From Candidatus Latescibacterota bacterium (lineage in GTDB: Bacteria > Latescibacterota > UBA2968): a stretch of 64,000 nt of DNA. The notes under the pieces are model-generated. The model had not been told where the DNA came from and did not search any database. It worked only from the letters and a program-made list of their open reading frames with translations. A program made the position numbers and the translations under genes. Shown in pieces: positions 9,898 through 19,520 of the stretch. The DNA is taken from assembly GCA_965207885.1 (NCBI GenBank), contig OZ242311.1:1920001-1984000 (forward strand), given 5' to 3'. Numbering within the stretch: the stretch's first letter is position 1; the number at the start of each line of letters is the position of its first letter.

Positions 9898-9965
9898 GTT
9901 AATATCCTTCTCTGAACCACTCACAACACGAAGAGAAATTTTAAGCTTAACTTTGTAATAAAATT

Positions 9966-10226
9966 CTATTGCAAAGGTGCTAATTTGCTCAATGATTCAT
10001 GATTTCGCGCTCGTCGCCACAGATTTCTCAAGTCGTTCTGATGTAATGATGCCCACTCAATTGTCAAACCCAATGCTCGTGAAGGTAGGTCGCCTGCGAT
10101 TACCGCCAATGTCTCAATATTTATCAAGGCTTCATATTCTGCATATTCCGCATGGAAATGTGGAGGAGGATGATCATTTACATGTATTCTGATAATGATT
10201 CCATAAAACCGACATATCTCAGGCAT
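9966..10226 (-). CDS. DUF4160 protein (putative toxin)
   Basis: MPEICRFYGIII...DHPPPHFHAEY...EWASLHQNDL. Confidence 0.88.
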   Translation of the reverse strand: MPEICRFYGIIIRIHVNDHPPPHFHAEYAEYEALINIETLAVIAGDLPSRALGLTIEWASLHQNDLRNLWRRARNHESLSKLAPLQ

Positions 10227-10506
10227 TTACATTTTCCATCCTTAACCTGGGAAAAATATCCTCGGGCGTTTCTCCCGTAATTTCCAAATAGAGCGAATCT
10301 GCACATAGATCTATTTCATCTGTCCAGATAATAAATCTGCCGTTTTTAACTTGAAAATTTCGAAACACGCTTGCATCTTTCCAGGCCGAGAATATACCTT
10401 TTCCAACGAGATGGGATAGATCTACTTCGCCTTCAACGCCATCTGAATATTGAATCCAAATTTTATAATCAGCGCACGCTTTTGCAGATATGATTTTAAT
10501 CATCAA
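10219..10506 (-). CDS. DUF2442 protein (putative antitoxin)
   Basis: DYKIWIQYSDGVEGEVDL...WTDEIDLCADSLY. Confidence 0.85.
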   Translation of the reverse strand: MMIKIISAKACADYKIWIQYSDGVEGEVDLSHLVGKGIFSAWKDASVFRNFQVKNGRFIIWTDEIDLCADSLYLEITGETPEDIFPRLRMENVNA

Positions 10507-10638
10507 TAAATCTCCTATGCCAGACTGTGATCCGTTTCAGAATGGTTTATCAACCAAAAACTACGGCAATTTAGTTGATTGATCAAGTCGAATACAAGTC
10601 CAACCAACACGGGACCATTCACGAGAAAGGAGTTCGCA

Positions 10639-11607
10639 ATGCGCGATATTGTGGTCTTTAGCGGGAACGCACATCGTCAATTGGCAGAGCATATATGCCA
10701 GTATCTGAGCGTGCCTCTTAGGCAGAGTACGATTAACCGCTTCAGTAACGATTGCATTCAGGTGCAGTTAAACGCCAATTGTCGGGAGGCTGATGTCTTC
10801 CTGATTCAACCTCTTGTGCCACCTGTCCAGGACCATCTCATGGAACTCCTGCAGATGCTGGACGCGGCGCGCGGGGCATCGGCTGCCCGTACGACGGCCG
10901 TTATTCCATATTACAGTTACGCGCGATCTGATAAAAAAGATGCGCCTCGCATTTCTATTGCAGGGAGACTGGTGGCAGATTTGATTGATACGGCAGGTGC
11001 TAATCGGGTGCTTACGATGGCCCTTCACGCGCCGCAGGTACATGGATTTTTTCGCATTCCCGTCGATCATCTCAATGCTCTCCATGTGTTGGCGAGATAT
11101 TTCCGGGGCAAAGACCTTGCGGATACGGTCGTTGTTTCGCCCGATCTTGGAGGCGCAAAGGAGGCAACGCATTTTGCCCGTCTGCTCAAGTTGCCCGTAG
11201 CTGCTGGAACCAAGCGCCGCATCAGCGATGAAAAAGTCGTGATTGATTCAATCGTTGGCGATGTAGAGGGGAAGAAGGTGATTGTTCTGGACGAAGAGAT
11301 AGCCACGGGGGGAACACTTGTGGAACTTATTGATCGCCTTCGGGAGCGCGGCGTTAATCACATCACGGTATCCTGCACACACGGACTTTTTACTGGACAG
11401 GCTCTGCCGCGTTTGGGTGCAATTGCAGAGGTGAAGGAATTGGTGACGACAGATACAGTTCCACTTTCTTCGCAGAGCCAATGTCCTCCCAATCTGACCA
11501 GTCTATCCGTGGCACCTCTCCTGGGTGAGGCAATCCGCAGGATACACCACGGGGAATCGGTTAGTAGTCTATTCACGGCTCCAGATTGGATCGTCGATAC
11601 AGAATAG
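10639..11607 (+). CDS. prs: Ribose-phosphate pyrophosphokinase
   Basis: IPYYSYARSDKKDAPR, LHAPQVHGFF, VVSPDLGG, DEEIATGGT, CTHGLF; AAAGGAG RBS. Confidence 0.9.
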   Translation: MRDIVVFSGNAHRQLAEHICQYLSVPLRQSTINRFSNDCIQVQLNANCREADVFLIQPLVPPVQDHLMELLQMLDAARGASAARTTAVIPYYSYARSDKKDAPRISIAGRLVADLIDTAGANRVLTMALHAPQVHGFFRIPVDHLNALHVLARYFRGKDLADTVVVSPDLGGAKEATHFARLLKLPVAAGTKRRISDEKVVIDSIVGDVEGKKVIVLDEEIATGGTLVELIDRLRERGVNHITVSCTHGLFTGQALPRLGAIAEVKELVTTDTVPLSSQSQCPPNLTSLSVAPLLGEAIRRIHHGESVSSLFTAPDWIVDTE

Positions 11608-11621
11608 AGGCTTTTGGGCAA

Positions 11622-11927
11622 TTAAGTCGCAGGGGTGGTATCAGTTAATGGCTCAATTTGAAGATCGCCGATCTTTTGTTGCGCGTGCCAGAGGTCGTAT
11701 TGCAGTTGCAAATTCATCCAGAAAACGGGTGTTGTCCGAAATGCTTTGCTCAACCGAATCGCCATTTCTGGACTTACTCCAGCTTTGCCATTGACAAGCT
11801 CAGAAACGGTCTTTCGCGCCACGCCAAGTGTATGGGCTACTTCTGTCACTGTCAGGTTTAGTGGGATTAAACAAAGTTCTTTCAAAATTTCACCTGGATG
11901 AGCCGGATTGTACATTTCCATAAACAT
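11622..11927 (-). CDS. higA: HigA-family antitoxin
   Basis: [10 protein letters not shown]...[28 protein letters not shown]. Confidence 0.92.
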   Translation of the reverse strand: MFMEMYNPAHPGEILKELCLIPLNLTVTEVAHTLGVARKTVSELVNGKAGVSPEMAIRLSKAFRTTPVFWMNLQLQYDLWHAQQKIGDLQIEPLTDTTPAT

Positions 11928-11932
11928 GTTCC

Positions 11933-11989
11933 TCAGTGATAGTCCACGAGATCCACATCAAATACGACGCCATCTTTAAAATAGGTTAA
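11933..11989 (-). pseudogene. higB: C-terminal remnant of HigB toxin
   Basis: Minus strand reads [18 protein letters not shown] immediately upstream of higA, like the conserved HigB end (..DVxxxDYH). Confidence 0.75.
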
Positions 11990-11994
11990 AGATA

Positions 11995-12678
11995 ATGAAA
12001 AAGAAAGCTGTTGTCTTGCTCAGTGGTGGGTTGGATTCTACTACAACTTTGGCTATTGCCACAAATCGAGGTCATGCCTGTTACGCGATCACATTTCGCT
12101 ATGGACAGCGACACGAAATCGAATTCGAATGTGCGAAAAAAATTGCCGCTCATTTTGGCGTTCGGGATCACGTTATTGCCAATATTGATTCGCGCGCTTT
12201 TGGTGGTTCGGCATTAACCGACGATATCGATGTGCCCAAAAATCGAGATGAGAGCGAAATGTCCGACGGTATCCCGGTCACTTATGTACCCGCTCGCAAT
12301 ACGATTTTTCTTTCTTACGCGCTTGCACTGGCCGAATCTCTCGATATCCGCGATATTTTTATTGGTGTCAACGCCATTGATTACAGCGGTTATCCCGATT
12401 GCCGCCCCGAATATATCGCCGCCTTTCAAGATATGGCGAATCTCGCCACTAAAGCTGGTGTTGAAGGGGATGCGTTCACGATTCACACGCCGCTTATTGA
12501 TCTGACCAAAGTCGAGATTATCAAACGCGGCGTAGAACTCGGCGTTGATTACGCTATGACCTGTACCTGTTACGATCCCGACATAGAAGGCCGCGCGTGC
12601 GGGCAGTGCGACGCCTGTCTGTTGCGCTTGCAGGGGTTTGCCCAAAATGGTATGAAAGATCCGGTGGCCTATCGGTGA
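11995..12678 (+). CDS. queC: 7-cyano-7-deazaguanine synthase
   Basis: [33 protein letters not shown]. Confidence 0.96.
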   Translation: MKKKAVVLLSGGLDSTTTLAIATNRGHACYAITFRYGQRHEIEFECAKKIAAHFGVRDHVIANIDSRAFGGSALTDDIDVPKNRDESEMSDGIPVTYVPARNTIFLSYALALAESLDIRDIFIGVNAIDYSGYPDCRPEYIAAFQDMANLATKAGVEGDAFTIHTPLIDLTKVEIIKRGVELGVDYAMTCTCYDPDIEGRACGQCDACLLRLQGFAQNGMKDPVAYR

Positions 12679-12779
12679 GAGGTGGTTTTTCATTGCCGCA
12701 ATGTACGCTTGCTAAATTTATGCGGATTTACGATCTTACGGGCAGTTATTGGTACATTCACCTTTAAAGAATTGTGTTT

Positions 12780-14117
12780 ATGTCTGCTCTTTCTCTCGAC
12801 CAACTCATTGCCGACTATTGCGATCAAAACGCATACTCGCAACGCCTTTTTAAACGCGCACAAGAAGTTTTGCCCGGCGGCAATACGCGCACCGGTGTTT
12901 TTGTCAATCCCTTCCCGATTTACGCGGACCAGGGTGAGGGTGTTCATATAGATGATGTCGATGGCAACCGCCGTCTCGACTTCGTCAACAACGCCACCGC
13001 CCTCATCCTCGGTCACGCCCATCCCGCTGTGAGCGATGCCCTGCGCGAACGCATCAATAGTGGCACGGCCTTTTTTGGCCCTACCCAACTCGAAATCGAA
13101 TGGGCAGAACTCCTGCGCGAGCGCGTCCCTTCCCTCGAACATCTGCGCTTTTGCAGTTCGGGGACTGAGTCTGTAGGTAATGCCTTGCGCGTTGCCCGCG
13201 CTTTTACGGGGCGTCAAAAAATTGCCAAATTTGAAGGTGCGTATCACGGTATTGACGATCCGGCTCTCATAAGCTATGTGCCACCTGTTACTCCCGACCT
13301 CGGTCCCGAAGACGCGCCTCATTCGGTGCTTTCTTCTGCCGGTCTGGCACCCGCGACTGCTGAAAATGTCCTCGTTTTGCCCTTTAACAATGCGCGCGCT
13401 TGTGAACATCTCATTCGCCAACACGCCGAAGAACTCGCCTGCGTCATTATTGATCCGCTTTCTACGGCTGCTGGTATGGCTTTGCCGGATTCCGAATTTC
13501 TCGCGCTCTTGCGCGATGTGACGCGGGAACTCGGTATTCTCCTTATTTTTGATGAAATTGTCAGTTTTCGAATGACGTCGGGCGGTACACAGGCGGCGTA
13601 CAATATTACGCCCGATTTGACCTGTCTGGCGAAGGTCATTGCTGGCGGTACCCCGGCAGGTGCTTTTGGCGGTCGCAAAGATGTGATGGCTCTGTATGAT
13701 CCCACTTCTGGTTCGCCTGCGATTCCTCAATCTGGTACGTACAATGGCAATCCGCTCGTGGCTATCGCTGGTCTTATGACTCTTAAAACAATGACTCCCG
13801 ATGCATATCGTCACATTGATTCCCTCACAGAGTACATTGCCGCTGGTCTCAAAGACGCTTTTAAGAGTGCCGATATTCCGGCGACTATTGTCACTGCTGG
13901 CTCGCTTTTTCGCATCTACTTTCTCGACTATACACCTGCCAACTATCGCCAGGCCGCACGAGATAGTGGCGAAAAACACCGCTGGCTCTATTTTTATCTT
14001 TTGAACCACGGTATTGTCATCCGTCAAGGTGGCTGCGTTTCTCTTCCCATGACGAGCAAACACGCCGATGATTTGATCAACTGCGTGCGTGAGGGATTGC
14101 GCGTTTGGCCCTATTAA
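12780..14117 (+). CDS. Class III aminotransferase (GSA aminomutase-like paralog)
   Basis: DVDGN, SGTES, KFEGAYHG, LLIFDEI, AKVIAGG, SGTYNGNP; lacks the canonical HemL PGGVNSPVR start. Confidence 0.85.
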   Translation: MSALSLDQLIADYCDQNAYSQRLFKRAQEVLPGGNTRTGVFVNPFPIYADQGEGVHIDDVDGNRRLDFVNNATALILGHAHPAVSDALRERINSGTAFFGPTQLEIEWAELLRERVPSLEHLRFCSSGTESVGNALRVARAFTGRQKIAKFEGAYHGIDDPALISYVPPVTPDLGPEDAPHSVLSSAGLAPATAENVLVLPFNNARACEHLIRQHAEELACVIIDPLSTAAGMALPDSEFLALLRDVTRELGILLIFDEIVSFRMTSGGTQAAYNITPDLTCLAKVIAGGTPAGAFGGRKDVMALYDPTSGSPAIPQSGTYNGNPLVAIAGLMTLKTMTPDAYRHIDSLTEYIAAGLKDAFKSADIPATIVTAGSLFRIYFLDYTPANYRQAARDSGEKHRWLYFYLLNHGIVIRQGGCVSLPMTSKHADDLINCVREGLRVWPY

Positions 14118-14128
14118 TTTCAAAATAA

Positions 14129-14851
14129 ATGTCTGTATCTATACCAGATGGCCTCGTTGTCCTTACCTTTGATGACGGTGTCAAATCGCAACATACCTTT
14201 GCCGCACCCATCTTGCGCGAATGCGGTTTCAACGCCACTTTCTATATCACCGAGGGCTTGAACTTTCTCACGGATAAAACGCGCTATCTCACCTGGGAAG
14301 AAGTGCGAGAATTACACGATCTGGGCTTTGAAATTGGGAATCACACGCGGCAACACAAAAGCGTTGCCAACCAATCAAGAGAGGAACTTTTATCCGATAT
14401 CCGCTATATTGATCGGCAATGCAACCACTACGGTATCCCGATTCCCACCACATTTTGTTATCCTGGCTACACCAATACCCCCGAAGCTGTTGATGTACTC
14501 AAAGAACGCGGTTTTACTTATGCCCGACGTGGCACTGTACCCGAATATCCTTATGATAGGGAAGGTGGTCGCGGCCCAGCCTATAATCCCGAGCAACACG
14601 ATCCGCTTCTCATTCCAACTACGGGCGCGTCGGGACCGCACTGGAACTTCGACGATTTCTTGTGGTCGCTTGATCAGGCTCAAAACAGTTGTGCCACGGT
14701 CCTCACCTTTCACGGGGTGCCCGATCTCGATCATCCATGGGTGCATACCGAACCCGCATTTTTTGAACGCTGTATGCAACATCTCACAGATAATGGACAC
14801 CGAGTAATCGCCCTGCGCGATCTCACAAACTACATCGCTATGGAGTCCTGA
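14129..14851 (+). CDS. Polysaccharide deacetylase (NodB homology) family
   Basis: LTFDDG, EIGNHTRQH, FCYPG, LTFHG. Confidence 0.88.
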   Translation: MSVSIPDGLVVLTFDDGVKSQHTFAAPILRECGFNATFYITEGLNFLTDKTRYLTWEEVRELHDLGFEIGNHTRQHKSVANQSREELLSDIRYIDRQCNHYGIPIPTTFCYPGYTNTPEAVDVLKERGFTYARRGTVPEYPYDREGGRGPAYNPEQHDPLLIPTTGASGPHWNFDDFLWSLDQAQNSCATVLTFHGVPDLDHPWVHTEPAFFERCMQHLTDNGHRVIALRDLTNYIAMES

Positions 14852-14852
14852 T

Positions 14853-15653
14853 ATGGTCGATCCTCTTCCCCTTATTGCCTACGACACGCTTGCAGATCAA
14901 ACTGAAGCTCTGTACCGCGATGGCTATGCGTATCTGCCAGGTGTATTGACGTCCGATCAAGTGGCAAAACTCCGCGACCATATGGACGCGCTCACACCGA
15001 TCTCGGAAAGTTTTGACAAAAACGGGCGCCCTGAAGATGTCGGTTTTATAAATAAACACATCAACAATGCGTTTAACCGGCACGCTCATTTTTTACAATT
15101 TCTCGACTGTCCCGGTGTGATTGAGCTCGCTGAAGCTATACACGGCGATGATTGCCACTGCATTGGTATGACCGCATGGATGACGGGTCCCGGTCGTCCC
15201 GATCAGAATCTCCATACTGACTGGCTTCCCCTGAGTCTGCCTGCAGATATACTTGAGGATTCTCGGGTGCGTATCCCCATTTTTATTACTACGGCGCATT
15301 TCTATCTCGACGATATCAGCGAAGCCCTTGGTCCTACTAATTTTATCCCAGGTAGCCATCTTTCGGGCAGAAGCCCCAATGGCGATACAACGTGGAAAGG
15401 GCAGACTGAAAAATCCATCATGTGCAATGCCGGTGATGTGGTCATTTTCCGCAGTGAGGTCTGGCATCGCGGTACGGCCAATACCAGTGATAAAACGCGT
15501 TTTTTGCTTCAAGTCCACTATGCGAAACGCATGATTACGCAAAAATATCCACCCTATCTCAACCGGTTTCAGTTCGATCCCGAGATTATTGAGCAGGCGA
15601 CGCCGCGCCAGCGCCGCCTGATGGGTGATCACAAAAGCAGTAACTACGACTGA
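14853..15653 (+). CDS. PhyH-family dioxygenase
   Basis: QNLHTD, FYLDD, GPTNFIPGSH, AGDVVIFRSEVWHRGTAN. Confidence 0.88.
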   Translation: MVDPLPLIAYDTLADQTEALYRDGYAYLPGVLTSDQVAKLRDHMDALTPISESFDKNGRPEDVGFINKHINNAFNRHAHFLQFLDCPGVIELAEAIHGDDCHCIGMTAWMTGPGRPDQNLHTDWLPLSLPADILEDSRVRIPIFITTAHFYLDDISEALGPTNFIPGSHLSGRSPNGDTTWKGQTEKSIMCNAGDVVIFRSEVWHRGTANTSDKTRFLLQVHYAKRMITQKYPPYLNRFQFDPEIIEQATPRQRRLMGDHKSSNYD

Positions 15654-15663
15654 GGAGTACACT

Positions 15664-16098
15664 GTGAGTTTCTTGATAGGATATTATCTTTGGCTAAAAG
15701 TTGTACATCTCATCGCTATCATCGGCTGGATGGTCGGCATTTTGTATTTGCCGCGGCTATTTGCCTATCACGCCGATGCCTCTGCTGATACAGATGTGGT
15801 GTTTCAACAGATGGAATACAATCTTATGCGGCTTCTGCTTATGCCCTGTATAATTGTGGTTTTTATTACGGGCATTCTTTTAATTGTTGCAACGGAGAGC
15901 CTGGCGAGCGGGTGGCTTCATACCAAAATTCTACTCGTGCTCATGCTCGCCGGTTTGCACGGCATGATGTCGCGCCAGCGCAAGAATTTTCAACGCGGCG
16001 AAAATACCAGAAGCGCGGCTTATTTTCGCACTTTTAGCCACGTTACAACGCTTATTGTGATCCTCGTTGTCGCGCTGGCTGTTTTGAAACCTTTTTAG
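15664..16098 (+). CDS. hemJ: Protoporphyrinogen oxidase HemJ (CopD/DUF420 family)
   Basis: YLWLKVVHLIAIIGWMVGILYLPRLFAYH, GWLHTK, LAVLKPF; GTG start after GAGGAG. Confidence 0.88.
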   Translation: MSFLIGYYLWLKVVHLIAIIGWMVGILYLPRLFAYHADASADTDVVFQQMEYNLMRLLLMPCIIVVFITGILLIVATESLASGWLHTKILLVLMLAGLHGMMSRQRKNFQRGENTRSAAYFRTFSHVTTLIVILVVALAVLKPF

Positions 16099-16122
16099 TA
16101 TCCTTTTAAGTGGGAGTGAAGC

Positions 16123-16872
16123 ATGGCAAACGACGAATTTATGATTCCGCGACGATTGATCAATTCGGACCGGGAAGAAACACCGAGGTCCTTGCTGGAC
16201 CTGATTGAACAAGGGCCATTCGATTTGGATACGGCGGCGTGGTGGATGTCGCATGTGACGAATGGAGCATCGTGGATCGTGGGGTCGGGACCGGGCGGAA
16301 TCGGGAAATCGACGACGATGCGTTCCTTTCTGAGCGTTGTACCCAGGGACCGAGCATTTGCGATTGCGATGCCGGGGGAGATCCCGCCGCTCGCGGATCA
16401 GAAACGCTGCACGATTGCGCTCGAATTAAGCGATCATCGGCCGCCCGGCTACCTTTGGAACCAGGACCTGCGTGACTTCTTCGACCTATCGAAGGCGGGA
16501 CATCAGCTTGTGGGGAACGTCCACGCGGATACGGTGGAAGAGACGCGCGAACAGATCGTCGGGGCGTGCAGCGTTCCCGAGGAGCAGTTCCATCACATCA
16601 ATATCATTGCATTCGTCTGGCTGGAAGGTTATGAACGCGGAAACAGCCGGCGGATCAGGGATCAGACGTCGCGGCGGTTTCTCACAAGTGTGCACTACAC
16701 CGATGGTTCAGGTGCCCACGAGCAAGTCTATTCGGAAGGATCGGGACTTTCGCCCAACGCACCGAGGGATGTGGCGCACGAAGCAAAGTGCCGAACTTTT
16801 TTGGAGGAGGCGTTGGAAGAAGCGTCGCGGGATATAGATGAACTGAGAGAGCGATATCTGGCCTGGCATTAG
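16123..16872 (+). CDS. Stand-alone P-loop ATPase, VirB11/PilT/FlaI-like C-terminal domain
   Basis: GSGPGGIGKSTT Walker A; LVGNVHAD resembles the His box. Confidence 0.55.
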   Translation: MANDEFMIPRRLINSDREETPRSLLDLIEQGPFDLDTAAWWMSHVTNGASWIVGSGPGGIGKSTTMRSFLSVVPRDRAFAIAMPGEIPPLADQKRCTIALELSDHRPPGYLWNQDLRDFFDLSKAGHQLVGNVHADTVEETREQIVGACSVPEEQFHHINIIAFVWLEGYERGNSRRIRDQTSRRFLTSVHYTDGSGAHEQVYSEGSGLSPNAPRDVAHEAKCRTFLEEALEEASRDIDELRERYLAWH

Positions 16873-16921
16873 GATCGGTGGGTCCCCTTCGACTGGTAGC
16901 AGTCTCACAGACCTTTTTCGA

Positions 16922-18052
16922 TCAGGCTTGGATCTGATCCAGCCAGCCTTCCAGGGTGTAGCGCGGATCGCCTATTTCCTCCGGGCGGAGGCATGCCAGG
17001 TCGGTGCGGTGTATGGGCCGGATGCCGAGGTCGGGGAGGGTGGCGCCGCGCTGGTGGAGGTCGGTGCCGTAGAGTTTTTCCAGGACGATGCCATTGGCGT
17101 CGCACCAGTCGCCCGAGTTGAGGGTGGGCAGGCTCTCTTCGGGGTCGAAACCGGGGGCGCCGAGGTGGCGGTGGATCCATTTTAGGGCGACGGTGTAGCC
17201 GAAGTAGGGTCGATGCCCTCCCGCCGGTTCGAACCAGCAAGCGATGTGGCCGTCCGGGAAATTCGGAGCCGCGCAGGCCACGGCGTTCCGGGTACCTTCC
17301 CACGCGGCACTGTCTCCCTCTGTGTCGATGATGACATCGGCGTCGCCGTTGAGAATGAGGACGGCGCAGTGGGGCGCAGCCAGGGAGAGGAATTCCGGCC
17401 AGGTACAGAGGGTGCGCAGGCGCTGATTCGGGACGCGGGTGCAGAACTTGCCGGTGACTGTCATGGTGTCGCACAGCGCCCAACCGGAGACCAGGGCCAG
17501 CTTGAGGCGGGTGTCGAGGGCCAGCATCCAGGAGGCCTTGGCGCCGCCGAGGGAGTTTCCCGCCACACCGACGCGCTCCCGGTCGATGTCGTTCCGGGTA
17601 AAGAGGAAATCGATGCCCCGCATCGTGTCGAAGACGAGCTTGCCCATGATGAGCCGGCCGGCGCCATCGGCACAGGTGTGGACTTCTTCGGGGTCGTGCG
17701 CCCGGGTACCCAGGTCGCCGTAGATGTGCCGCTCTTCTTCTCCGACCGGGTCCAGAACCAGGCAGGCCAGCCCGAGTTTGGCGTAGAGTTGGGGGATGTA
17801 GGTGTACTGCCACTGGCTTTTGCTGCCGCCGTGGCCGCAGGTGATTACGATGGACGGCATGGGTGCGGTGGGGTGTGCGGGTCGATAGAGTACGGAGGGG
17901 ACGCGGGAACCGGGTTCGCTCGTCCAGATCCATTTTTCGACGACGATTCCATCCCGTTTGATCTGTCCGCGGGACTCCGGAGCCAGGTCGCAGCGGACCG
18001 TGGGGATGCCCAGAAGGTCGTGCAGAGCGCGGCGCAGGGATTCTGTCTGCAT
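16922..18052 (-). CDS. Alpha/beta hydrolase (acetylxylan esterase/dienelactone hydrolase-like)
   Basis: CGHGGSK, DPVGEEER, IDRERVGVAGNSLGG nucleophile elbow; real start placed at MQTESL because the longer ORF overlaps tmRNA. Confidence 0.8.
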   Translation of the reverse strand: MQTESLRRALHDLLGIPTVRCDLAPESRGQIKRDGIVVEKWIWTSEPGSRVPSVLYRPAHPTAPMPSIVITCGHGGSKSQWQYTYIPQLYAKLGLACLVLDPVGEEERHIYGDLGTRAHDPEEVHTCADGAGRLIMGKLVFDTMRGIDFLFTRNDIDRERVGVAGNSLGGAKASWMLALDTRLKLALVSGWALCDTMTVTGKFCTRVPNQRLRTLCTWPEFLSLAAPHCAVLILNGDADVIIDTEGDSAAWEGTRNAVACAAPNFPDGHIACWFEPAGGHRPYFGYTVALKWIHRHLGAPGFDPEESLPTLNSGDWCDANGIVLEKLYGTDLHQRGATLPDLGIRPIHRTDLACLRPEEIGDPRYTLEGWLDQIQA

Positions 18053-18139
18053 GGGAATGTTCTTTGGAAGGGCAGCGGGATGGTAGCGTGCCGTGAGACG
18101 ATGAAGGGCCAGCCCGTAGATCGGCTCGCCCGAAAAGAA

Positions 18140-18524
18140 TGGTGGAGGCGGCGGGAATCGAACCCGCGTCCGAAAGCAGTTTGATAACGGCATCTACGTG
18201 TGTAGTCTATTCACTTAGGATCTCACATCTCGCGCCCCAACAGACAGGGTCGCTGAGATGCCAGCTCGATGGTTGGGGCTGTGGCCCACTCTCATCCGGA
18301 GGCCCTCGAGCGGAAACCCCCGCACCAGCCTGCTCTCGTCGGCGCTCTGCCCAGACCACGCAGGCAAGGTCTGAGAGAACGGACTGCGTAACGGTTAGTT
18401 AGGCAGCCATTGCGTACGTGTTATCGTCCGCAGTTGCGTTTTTTCCCAATTGTTTTACGAGGTGATTGGGTACCTCGACACGCAGCTATTATCTCCCCAC
18501 CCCCGTCGAAGCCGTGTCGCCCCC
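18140..18524 (-). ncRNA. ssrA: tmRNA; tag peptide (A)ADDNTYAMAA
   Basis: 5' GGGGGCGACACGGCTTCGAC and 3' GGTTCGATTCCCGCCGCCTCCACCA form an Ala acceptor stem with G3.U; tag ORF at 18431..18399. Confidence 0.96.
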
Positions 18525-18536
18525 AGCACGTTCAAA

Positions 18537-18565
18537 AATATATCTAAGTTAATCCTTTCCGTCAA
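18537..18565 (-). promoter_or_regulatory. Sigma70 promoter of ssrA
   Basis: TTGACG-17 bp-TATATT. Confidence 0.75.
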
Positions 18566-18574
18566 GCGGTCAGC

Positions 18575-19510
18575 CTAATTCTCCTTAAACCACTCTATTG
18601 TCTGTCGCAATCCCTGATCTGGCGTCACCTGAGGTTCCCATCCCAGGAGTTTTTTGGCCAGGGTGATATCGGGTTGTCGCATTTGGGGATCGTCGCCGAT
18701 TTGTGCATTGGGCATCAGTGCGATTTCGCTTTTGCTCTCGGTTAGTTCAATAATTTTTTTTGCCAGATCTAACATTGAGGTCTCACTCGATGGATTGCCG
18801 ATGTTTACGGGGGCGTGATAATCCGTGTGCATCAATCGATAGATCCCTTCAATCAGGTCTGAAACATAACAGATACTGCGCGTTTGACTACCATCGCCAT
18901 ATACTTTCAATGGTTCATCTGCCAGTGCCCGATTGACAAAATTGGGAATGGCCCGTCCATCGTTTTTGCGCATGCGGGGCCCATAGGTATTAAAAATCCG
19001 CACAATCCGCGTATCGACCCCGCTTTCGCGGTGATAGGCCATTGTCATGGCTTCGGCAAAGCGCTTGGCTTCGTCATAGACGCCACGCACGCCCAGTGTA
19101 TTGACATTGCCCAAATACGATTCTGGCTGCGGATGTACCAGCGGATCGCCGTAAATTTCGGATGTTGAGGCCAAAAAAAACTTCGCTTTTTTTGCACGCG
19201 CCACACCGAGTGCGTTGTACGTGCCGTGCGCGCCCACTTTCAGGATGCGAATGGGATAGCGCGAAAAATCATCGGGGCTGGCGGGGCTGGCAAAATGCAA
19301 TACATAATCCAATGGCCCTTTCACATAGATGTATTGCGTTACATCGTGTTTGATAAATGTAAAACCGTCCTGACCAAACAGGTGTGTGATATTTTTTGCG
19401 CGTCCGGTTAATAGGTTATCCATGACAATTAGTTCGTGCCCTTCATCCAGCAATCGGTCGCACAAATGCGACCCCAAAAACCCCGCGCCACCTGTTAGTA
19501 AAATACGCAT
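18575..19510 (-). CDS. UDP-glucuronate decarboxylase-like NAD-dependent epimerase/dehydratase
   Basis: [44 protein letters not shown]. Confidence 0.92.
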   Translation of the reverse strand: MRILLTGGAGFLGSHLCDRLLDEGHELIVMDNLLTGRAKNITHLFGQDGFTFIKHDVTQYIYVKGPLDYVLHFASPASPDDFSRYPIRILKVGAHGTYNALGVARAKKAKFFLASTSEIYGDPLVHPQPESYLGNVNTLGVRGVYDEAKRFAEAMTMAYHRESGVDTRIVRIFNTYGPRMRKNDGRAIPNFVNRALADEPLKVYGDGSQTRSICYVSDLIEGIYRLMHTDYHAPVNIGNPSSETSMLDLAKKIIELTESKSEIALMPNAQIGDDPQMRQPDITLAKKLLGWEPQVTPDQGLRQTIEWFKEN

Positions 19511-19520
19511 ATAGTTCCTG

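Noticed and set aside
11995-12678. QueC as part of a Qat/Dpd defence system
   Set aside because: Canonical 227-aa housekeeping QueC with no TatD, KAP ATPase or dpd neighbours.
12780-14117. hemL assignment
   Set aside because: Lacks the HemL PGGVNSPVR signature; treated as a paralog despite nearby hemJ.
12690-14123. 477-aa antisense ORF (likewise 1818..2912, 45862..46695, 46723..47547)
   Set aside because: Antisense shadows of well-supported genes.
16905-18184. Long alternative-frame ORFs (16905..17933, 17213..18184)
   Set aside because: Arg/Pro-rich shadow ORFs of a GC-rich gene with no recognisable motifs.
18053-18193. N-terminal extension of the hydrolase ORF (16922..18193) or a tRNA at 18140
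   Set aside because: This overlaps the tRNA-like 3' end of tmRNA; the protein start is better placed at 18052.
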